Below are positions 38,390-51,439 of a stretch of 64,000 nt of DNA, piece by piece; the first letter of the stretch is position 1; every line of letters starts with the position of its first letter. Under the pieces are notes generated by a model that made no database searches, was not told the origin of the DNA, and saw only the letters and a program-made list of their open reading frames with translations. Both the position numbers and the translations under genes were made by a program. The stretch covers positions 33,604,001 through 33,668,000 of the forward strand of contig CM059447.1 in the NCBI GenBank assembly GCA_030390025.1. The letters run 5' to 3'. This stretch comes from Squalus acanthias. Taxonomy: Eukaryota.

Positions 38390-38840
38390 GGGAGTCGATT
38401 TTAACTCTACCCGCCCAGCGGAAACCAGGCAGTTAATAATGAGCAGGTTACTTACCCGCTCAGATCCTGACCAGTTCCGACCATTTACGATGTAAACCTG
38501 CAGGGTTTTTTCAGGTGGGTGCAATTGTAACCGGGGGGCCTGAGCGGGGGAAACCGCTGTGGCATTCGCTCTAGGCAGAAGCAGCTCTGCAGCTGGTCTG
38601 AAGACAGCAGTGGCCTTTCTGGTAAGTATAAAACTATCCTTTGCGGGGCCAGGAAGTGCAGGAGGTGCCTCGAAAGTCGCAGCCTCTGCTGCCCCAGATT
38701 CCCTCTTTCCCTCCTCCTCCCCCCCCCCCCCACCCCCACCAAACAAGACCCTCCCGAACTCTTCTCCCCGCCACTTACCTGGAAGCTGGCGAGGACGGCC
38801 GAGGAAAGGCCAATCTTCCGGACCGGCGGTTAAAATCGCC
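38390..38840. mobile_element. Harbinger-type MITE
   Basis: Imperfect TIRs GGGAGTCGATTTTAAC / GTTAAAATCGCC. Confidence 0.6.
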
Positions 38841-39555
38841 GTGGGCACCTGCTGCCTCTGCCGGGAGGGAAATCATCTCACCGGAGAGGTTTCCCACCAG
38901 AAACACGCTCCGAGTTGCAACATGCCCCTCGGTCATTAGTAGGCAGGCAGGTGTTTAAAGTTACACAGGACGAGTTTGATAAAAGACTAGCCGGGAGCTG
39001 GGAACACTGCACCATTCCCATCTGTTCTGTAGGTCACGGTGATAAAGAGAGGCATTATAGCAAATAGAGGAGCACAGCAAAAATGACAGGATCTGTTGAA
39101 AAGTGGAATATAAATATCTTTTGTCCTACTTTTTGTCGATTCGTTATCTTATATATGTTGCATTTATTGCAAGCAAATGGAAGCATCGTAGGGAGAATTA
39201 CTTTTAATAGAGCTTGCCAAAATGCTGCCCACGATATAAGCATATGTTCCCACCTGTAGGTCAGTTTAATAAATGGGCAGTGTTAAATGTTGTAATGTGG
39301 AGTCTGGGTACAAGGGATCTTAATTCTCAAATAGTTTTCACTCTGTTCACCCGCTGTAGCAATTTGTTGAATATATTATTCTGTGAGTACCACTGTTGTC
39401 TTACTGGTTACTGGCTGCTGGTTATTTGTGGTGTAAATGTGTCAGTTGGTGGTGTAGGAAATGCAACCTTCATACTGAGCGTTCACGATGATGCAGTTAA
39501 CACTCCGACTGTTGTTAGAACACCTAATGCATTTTACACTTGAAATTAAAATCAT

Positions 39556-40319
39556 GGGCCAGAAATTTGGCTCTCCACGGGTGAGTACGCGCTGTGTACT
39601 CACCCGTAGACCCAATGAAAGTGCCGGTTTCGCGCATGCACTGCGCATGCGCTGGAAACCGGAACTTCCGTTCCCTTGAAGGAAGGGGTTCGGAGGTCAA
39701 ACGCGTGCGCCGTTGAGACAGCGCGCACGCATCGGACTTCTGTTTTTTTTTCAGGTTTCTGTGTGAGGGTAAGTCCCCAGCAGCTGCGCGGGGAAAAAGC
39801 AGGCGCAAGGCCTGCTTTTAACAAGGTAAGTGATGAATTAACTAAAATTAAAACATTTTTTCCACAGGTTTATTATTTTTAAATACCTTAAAGAAAGGTA
39901 AGTTTATTTTTAGCCCTGTTAAAAACTGTAATTAATTTTTTCAAAAATTTAAATTATTGTTTAAAATAGTTATTTTGTGTAATTTATAGTTATTTTAAAA
40001 ATGTGATGTTTTTTTAAAATTTATTTGACGTTTTAGTGAGGTTTTGGGGCCGATCTCTATTCATAGATTTGACAGGTCTTCCTGTCAAATCTATGAATGG
40101 AGATTCCCTGCTCCGATTGGCTCTCCATGGCCCATGTGATCCCAGGGGATGCTTCGAACTAACTGCGCCCCTGGGATATGCAAGCCCTGCACACCGGCAG
40201 GTGGAGGAGGCCCAGAAGCCGAATTCAACGCGGGCCCAGAGCACAACGGCAGGCGCGGTAGGTAAGTGCAGGTTGGGGGCTTGCGCCCGCGGGAAGCCTC
40301 CGACCCGAATTTCTGGCCC
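39556..40319. mobile_element. MITE family X copy A (structured, Harbinger-like ends)
   Basis: Perfect 12-bp TIRs GGGCCAGAAATT / AATTTCTGGCCC, GC-rich arms and an AT-rich centre; colinear with 52163-52905. Confidence 0.88.
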
Positions 40320-40434
40320 AATATTTTCTGCCACATTGAGAAACAGAACATGCCTCTACTTTTTCCTTTTTATATAGTTACTAAAATTTCTTTGACATCA
40401 AGTTAAGCCTATTAATTTTCTACAATAAAGAAAA

Positions 40435-40824
40435 TAAAGAAAGACTTGTATGTATATAACACCTTTCATGACCACAGGACATCCCAAAGTGCTTTACAGC
40501 AAATTAAATACTTTTGAAGTGTAGTCACTGTTGTTATGCAGGAAATGTGGCACCCAATTTGTGCACAGCAAGGTCCCACAAACAGCGATGTGATAATGAC
40601 CAGATCATCTGTTTAGTGATGTTAGTTGAGGAATAAATATTGGCCCAGCTCTTCTTCAAAATAGTGCCATGGGATCTTTTACACGACCCGAGGGAAGACG
40701 GGCACATGGTTTAACGTCTCATCCAAAAGATGGCACCTCCGACAGTGCAGTACTCCCTCAGTACGGCATTGGAGTGTCATCCTAGATCTTGTGCTCAAAT
40801 CTCTGGAGTGAGACTTGAACCCAC

Positions 40825-40855
<31 letters not shown>

Positions 40856-40873
40856 AACTGAGCCACAGCTGAC
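40435..40873 (-). mobile_element. Deu-domain tRNA SINE
   Basis: Reverse complement of the 36238 family: TGGCTCAGTTGG head, GGGTTCAAGTC, Deu core and TCTT tail. Confidence 0.88.
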
Positions 40874-41271
40874 ACTATGTGCTGTTTCCCAGTGTGTTAT
40901 CTACAATACCATAAAATTTTTCTGACTAATATTTTACATGAAATACAATATGATATTAAATAGAACAAGTTTGTCTACACTTTCCAAAGTCTACCAAAGC
41001 ACTTTCCATCTAATCAAGGCCAAGTAACACATTATTGGTCCCTCATGTCATGCTAACAGCATTCTAAAAGAATGCAAGTCAGAACTTAAAAGAGTAATAT
41101 TTTTCAGAAATAAAAACTTATTTAGAAGAAAAATCAGCCAGCTCAAATAGCTGTAATTGCAATAAAATTTGCTTGCTTTTCCTGACCATTAAAATATATT
41201 GTACAATTGAAAGGTTTATGGTTTCCATCCTTTTAAGTAGATCGTGCGTGTATTTAATCAGGCAACACGTA

Positions 41272-43137
41272 GGGGTGGATTTTAACTCGGAGCGGGTTTA
41301 TGGCAGACTGCCGCTCCGTGTTAATATCCCGCCCGACACAGGCAGCAGGAGGCCTCGGCGATTTCAACCACTAGGCCTCGTTTAAATACCATCGGTCCAC
41401 TTCCCACCCAGAGGGGGGAATTATATGGGTGCGATCGGTGGCGGGCGGGGTGGGAAAATGGTTTTTTTTGACCGGGTCGAGACCCCACTGTCAACCCACC
41501 GCCACGCGCCTTTACCAAATGTCGGGTCTGTCAGCGCGGAACAGACCCGACACGCAGCGGCAGGGGAGGCAACTGAAATCATTAGTGGCTTGTTTACAGC
41601 CACTTAATGCTTTTTTCCCAGTTTCTTTAATTTGACAAGTTGCCCACCAGTTTCCCGCTGTGCCTAGACCTCGTCAGTGAAGCTGAGGTGGGAGGTCAGT
41701 GGCCATTGTTTCAGCTGATGAGTTGACAGCTTCAAATGTCAAGTCAAAGCTCCCAGCTGATTGAGAAATGTTCCCTTAGCCACTAGCTTCTCGAAACTGC
41801 AATTTCCATTACAGATTCACCATGCTGCAAGTCTTTACACAAATCTCCATCCAGTCTGACCTCATTACCTCTCCCACCATTGACAGATCGCTTCTGTCAT
41901 CTCTACTTCACCTGCCATCTATTCCATCAGAATCGATGCACTTTATACTCTCTCACCTTGGTCCTCAGAATCCCACCACAATCAGCCCAACACCAGCACC
42001 AACAACAACACCAACCTTCTCCGCAATCAACTGATGCTGTACAGGACAGAGGGCATCAGCACCTGACCACATTGCTGCCTGGGAGGCCAGGGATGGCCTC
42101 ACCATGGCCACATTTACTTCACTTGATGCTGTACACCTGGCTGCCACATGATGCACCAGGTTGGCACCACCCCACACCAACACCATAAAGCATCCCTACA
42201 ATGCCCAAGCCATTCCTTTCACATTCATGACCATTGCGGGGGGTTACGGTTATGTCTCACCATTCACTGCAACTCACTAAGCCACTTCCAAAAGTGCACA
42301 CAAATCTGTCCAAGAATGCAAAGTGTTGAAAATAAAGGTTTCAATGTTTGACGGCACGTTAACAGAAACTTTACATGAACATTGGATAAAACACCCAAGT
42401 GCCTACCCTTGTGTGCTGTTAGTTGGTATGATTGTATTAGGATGAGGATGAGTGTGGGGGGTGGCTAGTGAGATGGGAATGTGATAATGCAGATAGAGAG
42501 GGATGGGTGGAGGTGCAAGGTAAGTTGGTGTGAGTAAGGATGTGCAGGAGTAGGGTAGAGAAGGCAGAGTGATGGGGATGTGATGAGAGGCACAGCAGGA
42601 TGAGGTTGAGTGTGGCTTTGCAGTAACGTTTCGTGATCTACTGAAACATTGGCAGCACTGCACCTAGGTCCTCCTGACCACATCCCTGCTTGTGCCCACC
42701 TGTGCAATGTGCAACCAGGCTGTGTTGATCTCCTAGGGAGATCCTCTCCGCCCATGGGTAAGGAAGAGGACCTCCCTGTGTGCTCTGACTCTCTCCATAA
42801 GCATATGGAGGGAGTCATGGGAGAGCCTGGGTGCAGCCCTACACCTCTGTGCAGGGCTTGTCAGTGTTTGCAGCACCTCAATGCTGTAGAACACTGACAG
42901 CACAAATGTCAAAATAAATTTGCGCATGGTCCCTTTAAGGAAACCGGCTGATGATGCGTCATCAAATGACATCATCAGACCCACTTCCTTCAATTGACCG
43001 GGAAACTCGCTAGGCGGGCTTAACAAACCCAACACGGTAAATTCATTCTACACAGCGGGCTGGAGCCAGCAGCGGGGCGGGGAACCGCCACTGACGTTGC
43101 CCGCCACGGACCTGCCGAGGTTGGTAAAATCCAGCCC
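41272..43137. mobile_element. Non-autonomous Harbinger copy 6 with degenerate Myb exon (-)
   Basis: TIRs GGGGTGGATTTTA / TAAAATCCAGCCC. The minus strand at about 42850-42620 reads AAPRLSHDSLHMLMERVRAHREVLF...QCCQCF. Confidence 0.78.
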
Positions 43138-43567
43138 ATAGTGTCTCACAGCAGAGAAGGTAGGGTGGGGGAGGTGTAGGGCAGGGGAAGCCGTGACTTC
43201 CCTTTTGGGACCAGGAGAGGAATCCTGCTGCTCTGGGTCCCATAAAGGAATTTTTTTGACTTATGTGGAGGGCCTCTTCATCCTTCCCACCAGCTTCAGC
43301 TTGGTGGAAAAGATGTGGCAACTTCCCCATTCAAGCCTTGGTTAAAATGCCATTTGGGGTCTTATTGACGTAACAGTTGACAAACTCGCTGAGCCATCAA
43401 AGGACTCGATGATACACTTCTATTAACACCAACACGAATCATTTTGCATATGTTCAATAATTATGATACAGTATCAGTCTGATTGAGAAAATCATCATAA
43501 TTATATCTCTTTTGCAAGTTGGAAAGAAATATATGTCTTCATATTACAAATGATGATTGAATCTCAG

Positions 43568-44440
43568 GTGAAGAGTCACCCAAAGGATCTGTTCTTGGTT
43601 CCTCCTATTCCTCACCTATACGCTGCCCCTTGGTGACCTGATCTGAAGACACGGGACCAGCTTCCACATGTATGTGGACAATACCCGGCTGTATCTCTCC
43701 ACCACCTCTCTCGATCCCTCTGTGTTGTCAGACTGCTTATCAGATATCTAGTCTTGGATGAGCTGCAATTTCCTCCAGTTAAACATTGGCAAGACCAAAG
43801 CCGTCATATTTGGCTCCAGCTACAAACTCCATACACCGGCCACTTATTCCATCCCCTTTCCCAGCCATTGTCTCAGACTGAACCAGACTGTCCACAATCT
43901 CGGTGTCTGATTCGGCCCGGATCTGAGCTTCCAACCCCATACCCTCTCCATCACAAAGACCGCCTACTTCCACCTCTGTAACATTGCCCGCCTCAGCCCA
44001 TCTGCTGCTGAAACCCTCATGCATGCCTTTGTAAACCTCCAGCTCGACAAGTCAATGCTCTCCTGGTCAGCATCCCATCCTTCGTGCTCCGTTAACTTCA
44101 GCTCATTGAGAACTCTGCTGCACGTATCCCATCCCATACCAAGTCCCGCTAACCCATCACCCCTGTCTTTCCTGACCTACATTGGCTCCTGGTCCCCTTC
44201 AGGCACCGAGGTCCCACGCTCTGGAATTCCCTGCTTAAACCTCTCCTCCTCCCCACCTCTCTCTCTCCGCCTTTAAGACCTTCCTTAAAACCCAACTCTT
44301 TGACCAAGCTTTTGGTGACCCCTCCGAATATCTGCTTCGTTGGCTCGGCGACCAAATTTATTTCTGATTATGCTTCTGTAAAATGCCTCAGGACATTTTT
44401 CTATGTTAATGGTGCTATATAAATGCATGATGTTGTTGCG
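43568..44440 (+). mobile_element. L2 LINE fragment, degenerate (RT core to tail)
   Basis: PKGSVLG, YVDNTRLY (YADD region), WMSCNFLQLNIGKT, NLGV and LHWL, with tail GCTATATAAATG..GTTG. Confidence 0.85.
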
Positions 44441-44955
44441 TTAACTGAAAGATGAAGAAAAAACGGGTATAGTAGTTTTATGTACCTTACAGCGTGTTTC
44501 AGGAGCTATGATATTGCTACCACTTTTACTCTATTTCAAATTCATACGCTGAAGCTATCGTGCTCATCAAAAGAGCTCCTCAGCAACACTGAAAGCTCAT
44601 AACATACTGCATACCAGCTGTTTTCTCTTCAGTGGCCAAGGATTTTTGCCTGGACTCCACCAGCTGAAAATTGAACCAGTGATGTTTGGGTGCAAATGGA
44701 AGGAGAACATTAAATAAAAGACTGGATTAACAGCAGAGCACAGTGAAGTAGAGCTTAAGTGTGCACAGTGACCTTAAACTCTATCCACGGCACAGGGACT
44801 GGCATTTCTCAAAGGCAAAGAAAAATGAAAATACAGCAGTTTGGAATTAAAAGTGAAATGATGGCCTGGGGTCAGCTAATCACTGAACAAATAGTTTTAG
44901 ATTCATTTTGAACTTGCTGCTTGTTGGCCATCTTAAATAAACATGAGCACAGAAA

Positions 44956-45576
44956 GGGGCAGTTTTCAATTGCTTGGTCGTCTGTATCTCACTTGGAAAA
45001 TGGGCAGCCAGCAGTACAAAATCGGGGGGGGGGATACAGCGTTAATGCCCAAGGCCCACTTGATGCAATTTTCAGGCAAGCCTATAAATGGGCAAGCATG
45101 CCACCTGCCAGAAACAGGCAGATGTCTCCTTAAATATACAAATTGGAGTCCTACTTTATCCATTTATACCGGGCGGTGAATTGCCGAACCAGTGATCTTA
45201 AAGGGACCGCCCACAAAAAGGCCCAGGAAAAACTTGTCAATATTTTTGGTGGGCACAGGAGAAGCAGGAGTGCTCCTCTCGGGACCCCCAAAAAACTCCG
45301 ACCCATGGCCTGCCTGCTTGAGGCCCCCGGTGATCGCCTCACCCCGCCCCTCCCCCAGGCCTGACCTGCCAGCCAGGTTTAGCTGGGAGGCCGGCCTTTC
45401 ACCCACCCTTCCAGAACTGGCAAGCTGCAGTGGTCACCCGAGGCTCACCAGCGGCCTGCTAATGGGTCCGGGCCTGCAAATGGATCGGGCCTCCCACTGG
45501 CGGAAAAAGCGCACGGGCGGAGCCACTACTCTGCCAACTTCATGCCCATTCCGGCCCTACTTTAAAATCACCCCCC
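44956..45576. mobile_element. Harbinger-type MITE, degenerate
   Basis: Ends GGGGCAGTTTT / TAAAATCACCCCC; internal GGAGCAGGAGTGCTCC-like block shared with 33090-33432 and 43140-43360. Confidence 0.5.
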
Positions 45577-46849
45577 AGATACGTTGTTGAACTACCCTCG
45601 GCCGCCCGCTGGATTTCAGGGATGTGTTAGGGAGGAGGATTCGGGAGGGTCTCATAAGAGGGAATCTGGGGAAGGGGAGGCCACGACATTCCCTGTGGGG
45701 CCCAGAGGAAAACTCCCACTCCTCCTGGGCCCCACAAAGGAGAATTTTAGACTTAACAGAAGTAAATGTGTCGGTTAAAAGTACAATCTAACATCCATTA
45801 ACATTTCGCAGTCCCGCTACCAAAGGCACCTGACATCACAATTTCTGAGATTTATATCAGTAGTTCCATCCAATTAAGAATGTTCATTAAATAAAATTGC
45901 AACGGCAAAATGCTGCTCCGGAGAATGTATCAGAGCTCACGTCTGTGATTCTCCACAATATGCGCTCCTAACCTGGGCTGGATCATGAAGAGGGGAGGAG
46001 TCAGACAAGGGTAAAGGCCATGCACCTCCCTGCACACTCACCCACCCACCCCCCGCCTGATCTTTGACAGGATGTTACCCTTCATTGTAATCGTTAATGT
46101 TTACATTCGGCTGCAATTCAACTCTTCAACCTGATCTTATCCAACAAGCTATGTGGAGTGCGGAATTAGGAAAGAAGTGTAAGAGCATGAAGCGTTTTGA
46201 CGGACTGGAACATGTAAACTCTCGCACCGACAAGCAACAAATGTCTAATAACACTTACACAGACAGTGAATTTGCTCAGTTTGCCCTGTAAAATTCAACA
46301 AAAAACTTCGCTAATACTGATGATTTCAGCAGAAAATATGGGGCGAGAAATTGGGCTCGGTAACGCCCGTTTTTTTTTATGCTACAAGTGCCCTCCGAGT
46401 TCCACAATGGCGTCTGCGGTATGCGTGCACACTTTGATGCGAAGCACGTCGGACGCCATCTTGATGCAGGTGTTAGCGTGCATGCAGTGAACGTCCGCCA
46501 GAAGTATGCAGAGCAGACAGCACATGACATCAGCGTGCAATGTTGATTTGGCGCCAGTGCTGCCATTTTACAGCTCAACGGTCCAGCTAACGCCCTCTCT
46601 TAAGCTCGCATAGCTGAACACACATTAAGCAGCAGGAAGGACCCCCCACCAGCGCTATTTAAAGGGATCATCAACTACTCACAGGATAGTTGCTGGTTGA
46701 TTTCTTCTGGCTGTTGCTACAATTCTACACATTTTTGGTGCTTTCCATAGTTGTTTCAAGTTTCAAAAGTCCACAGGGAGCGGTGTGGCAAGTGTTGAAG
46801 TACTTTTTGCTGACTTCAAGGCTTCTGCACAAGCCAGTTGCTCCCAGAC

Positions 46850-47956
46850 ATGGGTGCACTAGTAGACATTCATCTTGAAATAGCGCATGACTGGGAGAAT
46901 TAGCTGAGGCCACGCTGCAAGAAGAGGCTGTAGGAGGAGGGGGAGAAGGGCTCTCAGCAGGAGGCCATATCTGCCTAGGATGTTCAGGGAGCAATTCTCC
47001 TACCTGAATCTCAGTGAGGAACAATGTGTGAGACGTCTGCATTTCACTGGCTGCAGCAGTTGGCAGATTTTAGAGCAAGGCAAGGACAGCATTGCCAGTG
47101 GCTGCAAAGGTGACCATGGCGATGAACTCATATGCGTCTGGCTCCTTCCAGGCTGGTGCTGGAGATATTAGCAGCATCTCGCAGTTTGCCGTCCACTGAT
47201 GCACAAGGGAGGTCATTGAGGCTCTCCATTCAAAGAGAGCTAACTGCATTTCATTCTCTCTTGCCAGAGACAAGCAGGCGGAGCGAGCACGAGGGTTTGC
47301 TCAGATTGCAGGCTGCCATTGACTGCAAGCACATTGCTTTGTGGGTGCCTCTGCCATGTACTGGAACCGAAAGGGATTCGACTCCCTCAGTGTCCAGCGG
47401 GTGTGTGACCATAAGCAGCGTATCATGCAGGTCAATGCCCGGCATCCTGGCAGCAGTCATGATGCCTTCATTCTGCGGCAGACCGTTGTGCCAGCTGCAT
47501 TTCAGCCATCACGGCAAGCGAAAGGGTGGTTACTGGGTGACGTGGGCTATCCGCTGACAACATGGCTCATGACGTCGGTGTGCAACCCATGCACACGTGC
47601 ACAGCATGTAAACAATGAGAGCCATGCTACCACAAGAAATGTGATAGAGCAGACCTTTGGCGTGCTGAAGCTACGATTCCACTGCCTGGATCGCTCTGGA
47701 GGATCCCTGCAGTACTTGGCTAAGCAGGTCTCAAGAATCGTGGTGGCGTGTTGCACAAACTTGCCATCATGAGGGGACAGCCTTTGCCATCATAAGCAGA
47801 AAGCCCTTGCCACCAGCTATCAGCCGAGAAGCTGAGGAGCAGGAGGATGAGGATGTGGAAGAGGAGGAGGCGGAAGAGGAAGGGAGGCGGCAACCTAGAT
47901 AACCCCTTTCTGCCTAGGCTGTACTTGAAGAACTAATTCGAGTGAGATGCCAATAA
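46850..47956 (+). pseudogene. Harbinger DDE transposase, frameshifted
   Basis: RRPYLPRMFREQFSYLNLSEEQCVRRLHFT, AIDCKHI, NRKGFDSLSVQRVCD, HPGSSHDAFIL, GWLLGDVGYPL, NESHATTRNVIEQTFGVLKLRFHCLD, and an acidic tail. Confidence 0.93.
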
Positions 47957-48154
47957 CTGCAACCCGAATTCCCCATTGTACAACAGTCCCACACTCCCTC
48001 TGTCACTGACCACCACATCGTCCCCTTGGCCACAATGCAAAAATAAAAGCCACCACAAAATAAACATTCCAAACCAAATTTATAAATGAAATCATGCCAT
48101 ATTGCATACAAATGTAAACTAGTCACCATTGTGCATTCCCTTAGTGCCTATCTT

Positions 48155-50050
48155 TCATGTGCCTTTGCCTGTCCTAGTGCTCCTACGCAGTGCTACCCCA
48201 GTGGCTGCGGCATGGCTGGTGGAAGGCTGCTGACTTTCAGTGGAGGAGACTGCAGATGGCCTTGGAGGATGACCTCGAGCAGCTCTGGGCCTAGAAGGCC
48301 CAGCTTCAGACTGCATCATCTCAGCATAGGCGGCGGCTGGCTGGCTGACAGGCAAGATCAAGGGCACTGGCAAAGTGGCAGAGGTGGGAGGACAAATGCT
48401 GTCATCCTGAGAGAGGACGTCAGGCTCGTGCTCCATGGAACCATTGCCACTACCCTGGATTGGCACCTCAGCAATCCTAGTAATCTGTTGGAGGACAGAT
48501 TGCTAAACTGCTGTGACACCCTGCAAGCCCCTTTGAACACTGGCATCCACAGCCATGCTGGTAGCAGTCTGAGCTTGCATGGCAGCAAGCTGAGCTTGCA
48601 TGAGAGCAGTCTGAGCTTGTATGACAACAAGCTTACCTTGCATGACAGAAGTCTGTTCTTCCACTGCAACACCCAGACTTTGGGTGGCTTCTGCTTGTGC
48701 TGCAATGGAAACTGAGACATCGGCCATCAGACGCTGCATCATGGTTGGGTCCAAAAGTCTGTTGATGGAGTTGGCCACCATTTCCATGCTGGAAAGGATT
48801 GGCTCCAAGCTCTGGGCAAAGCCTTGTGTCAAGTTGGTGCAGGATTCCTCCGTGCTCCTTGACATTGAATGCAGCTTTCTGGCAGGCTTCCAAATGCGTC
48901 AAGCATTTTGTTGTGTATACCCATCAGCCGCCTTCTGTAGCCTGCCCCATCGAAGTGCTCATCTGAGTGCTTTGCAGCAGAACTCATGTGCGACCTTGCC
49001 CTACAGCAAGCTGGCACCTATGCTATCCTTGCCCCCTGCCCTAGCTGCAGCGCACTTGTGCCCGGTGTCTCACCATGTGCCGATCCCACCTCTAATCTAT
49101 CCTCTAAGATATGCGCAGTGTCAGTATCTGTGCTGGTGGCTGCAAGCTTGAAATTAAGTGACTGTGTGTCTTCATCCTCACTCTATTCTTGGTCTTCCTC
49201 CACTACCTGGCCAGGTTGCACTTCTTGGGTATCTGAAAGGACAAAGGCACAAGGTTAAGGTTGTGGTGAGGGGAGTTGGGGGGTGGGGGTGGCGGAGAGC
49301 AATGTAAGAGGTGCGTGCTTACACCATCTGCAGCTTGTAAATCAGAAGATATTATGGGATGAGGAGGAAGTAGGATGTGAGAAGGAGGATTAGGTATGAG
49401 GATACAGTCATCTGCAATGGTTTCAGCCCTGCCGCTGACCACGGCCTCAGCAATGGCACTTCCGATAATGGCCAGCATCATCATCTCCATGGGGGTTAGA
49501 GCATGCAGATGCGCCTCTCCCCCTCCAGTTAGTTCCTGCTGCTTTAGTTGTGCGCCACCTTCTCCTGCAAGAGAGAGAGAAGCGTGTCAGTGAGTGCCGT
49601 GCAAGCAGTGAGACGTGGGTATGAGGCTTGCAACAGTGCTTGCAACAGTGCTAAGTGTGTGAGGGTGAAGTGAAGCATATGAATGTTAGGTATGAGTCGT
49701 GATTGATAGAGATTGCTGGGAGGTGAGCGATAGGTGTGTGGTGATTTGAGCAGTGGCTGAGGCTAGTGGTGCAGTTGGTCAGATATGGCATTTGAAGATG
49801 CATTCACTGACCTTGACCTCTCATGTGAGGTCATTAAACCTCTTGCAGCACTGCATCCAGGCCCTCAGGGCTAAACTCCTAGCATTGACCTCCGTGGCTA
49901 TCTGCTCCCATTGCCTTTTGACCGTGTGTCTGGAGGGACTCCTGGCCCCCTGCTGATACAGGACATCTCTCCTCATTTCCACCTCCTCCACCAAGACCTC
50001 CAGTGCAGCCTCAGAAACCTTGGTGCACGCTCTCTCCCATGGTCAGCCAT
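48155..50050 (-). pseudogene. Harbinger Myb/SANT-like gene, 3 exons (50050-49812; 49564-49406; 49232-48155)
   Basis: MADHGRERAPRF...WEQIA...WMQCCKRFNDL, with GT-AG introns at all junctions. Exon 2 reads EKVAHN..QQELTGG, and exon 3 ends ALRRSTRTGKGT. Premature stops are present. Confidence 0.9.
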
Positions 50051-50864
50051 TGTTGTTTGTTGCACAGCACTATTCCGAATGACGTCAGCACCTCCAGCAG
50101 CCACAATGCACCTTCTCTTTAACAGGTGAAGGCTAGCTTTAAGCAGTGCAGGCTAGCTTTAAGTAATGCTTGTGAGTATCAATTTTGGGCCCCCTGCTGA
50201 TGCGTGCAGCCAATCAACAGCACGGTTAGCGCTGGCTACACGGAGAAATCATGTAAATGAGCTGGCAGCACGAAGATGCTGTGCTGCCTACATTGCATCA
50301 AATGGGCGCAGGTTAATCGCGCATCGCGATTCCCGCGTCCGTTTTCGGGGACGATTCAATTTAGCCCCCTTGATTTCCAAATTAATCTTGTATTTCCTTT
50401 GAAGGGGTCAAGGTGTTTGCTAAGTACGTTATGGCATCTATATAGATGAAAGCAGGAGAAGCATCGCTTGCTTAGCCCTGGGTTTCATGCTGCCCTCATA
50501 TGCATAGCTGGCAAATTGAGCCAGCAGCCTTTTGCATTTCCAATCATTTTGAATGAAGATCACAGAACCTGCTAAAGGATTCGTGACCCAAATCCTGGAA
50601 CTTATCCAGAGCTTCTATAGCACTCTGTCTATAAAAGAAGCCGTTCTAATCCCACCAGTGTGAACCCTGACCTATGTGCCAATGGGTTCCTAAGGAAGCG
50701 ACGTGTGAACCGTTGCAAAATCCAAGGAAACACATTCATCACAAAGTGTACTAACTGACTAATTAATGTAGAACCTGCTCTTCTGAGAATGTTAAGAAAG
50801 ACCGTAGCAAATACAATGATGCATTTACATCATGCTTATACAATGTAGACAGCTTTTATATCTT

Positions 50865-50965
50865 CAGACATAACATTTCAAAAAGTAATTCATCGTCAGT
50901 GAAGTGCTTTGGGAAGTCCTCAGAGATGTGATCAGGCACACTATAAATGCAACTTTCTTTCTTCT
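50865..50965 (+). mobile_element. Deu-SINE 3' tail fragment
   Basis: ACATTTCAAAAAGTAATTCAT...GTGCTTTGGG...CTATAAATGCAA. Confidence 0.55.
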
Positions 50966-51439
50966 ATCTTTCTCATTTACTTTACACAAATACAGCAAAT
51001 GGTTTGGGAAATATACAGCATACAGATGATGTCCCTACAAGATAAAATCATCGAATAAATCGTATTAAAAAAAAACTACATCCATCCCGGGTCAGTGGCA
51101 GTGTTTCTGATAAGATGTGGTCAAAAGCCTGTTTTTCCAAGATGTAGTTCTGATTTTTCATGCTGATCTAACCTGCGCACACAGTGGGTCAACTTTCATG
51201 TGTGGCAAACATCGGACGGGCAGTGGGTGGGGCATCCACTCCGACCACCTGATAATGTCAGCAAGAGGCCCAGTTCATTGTTGTCATCGGGCCTCATTTA
51301 AATTTGAATGGTGAGCTGCCAGCACTAAACACACTGCTTTATATGTAGTTTGCCATTTGGGAGGGCAGGAAATCCAGTGGGCCTGATATTTCTTAAAATC
51401 AGCCTGCCTCTCTTAAAGGGGAAGAGGAGTTTTCATTAG

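Larger units (their letters stand above)
46340..50369. mobile_element. PIF/Harbinger transposon copy 4, full length, decayed
   Basis: Ends GGGGCGAGAAATTG / CAATTTAGCCCC; convergent transposase and Myb genes colinear with copy 2. Confidence 0.93.

Noticed and set aside
38138-38848. 236-aa ORF on -
   Set aside because: It runs through a GC-rich MITE and a poly-C tract and has no recognisable domain.
46850-47956. Host HARBI1 gene
   Set aside because: It is frameshifted, multi-copy, flanked by TIRs and paired with a Myb gene, so it is a transposon copy rather than the domesticated gene.
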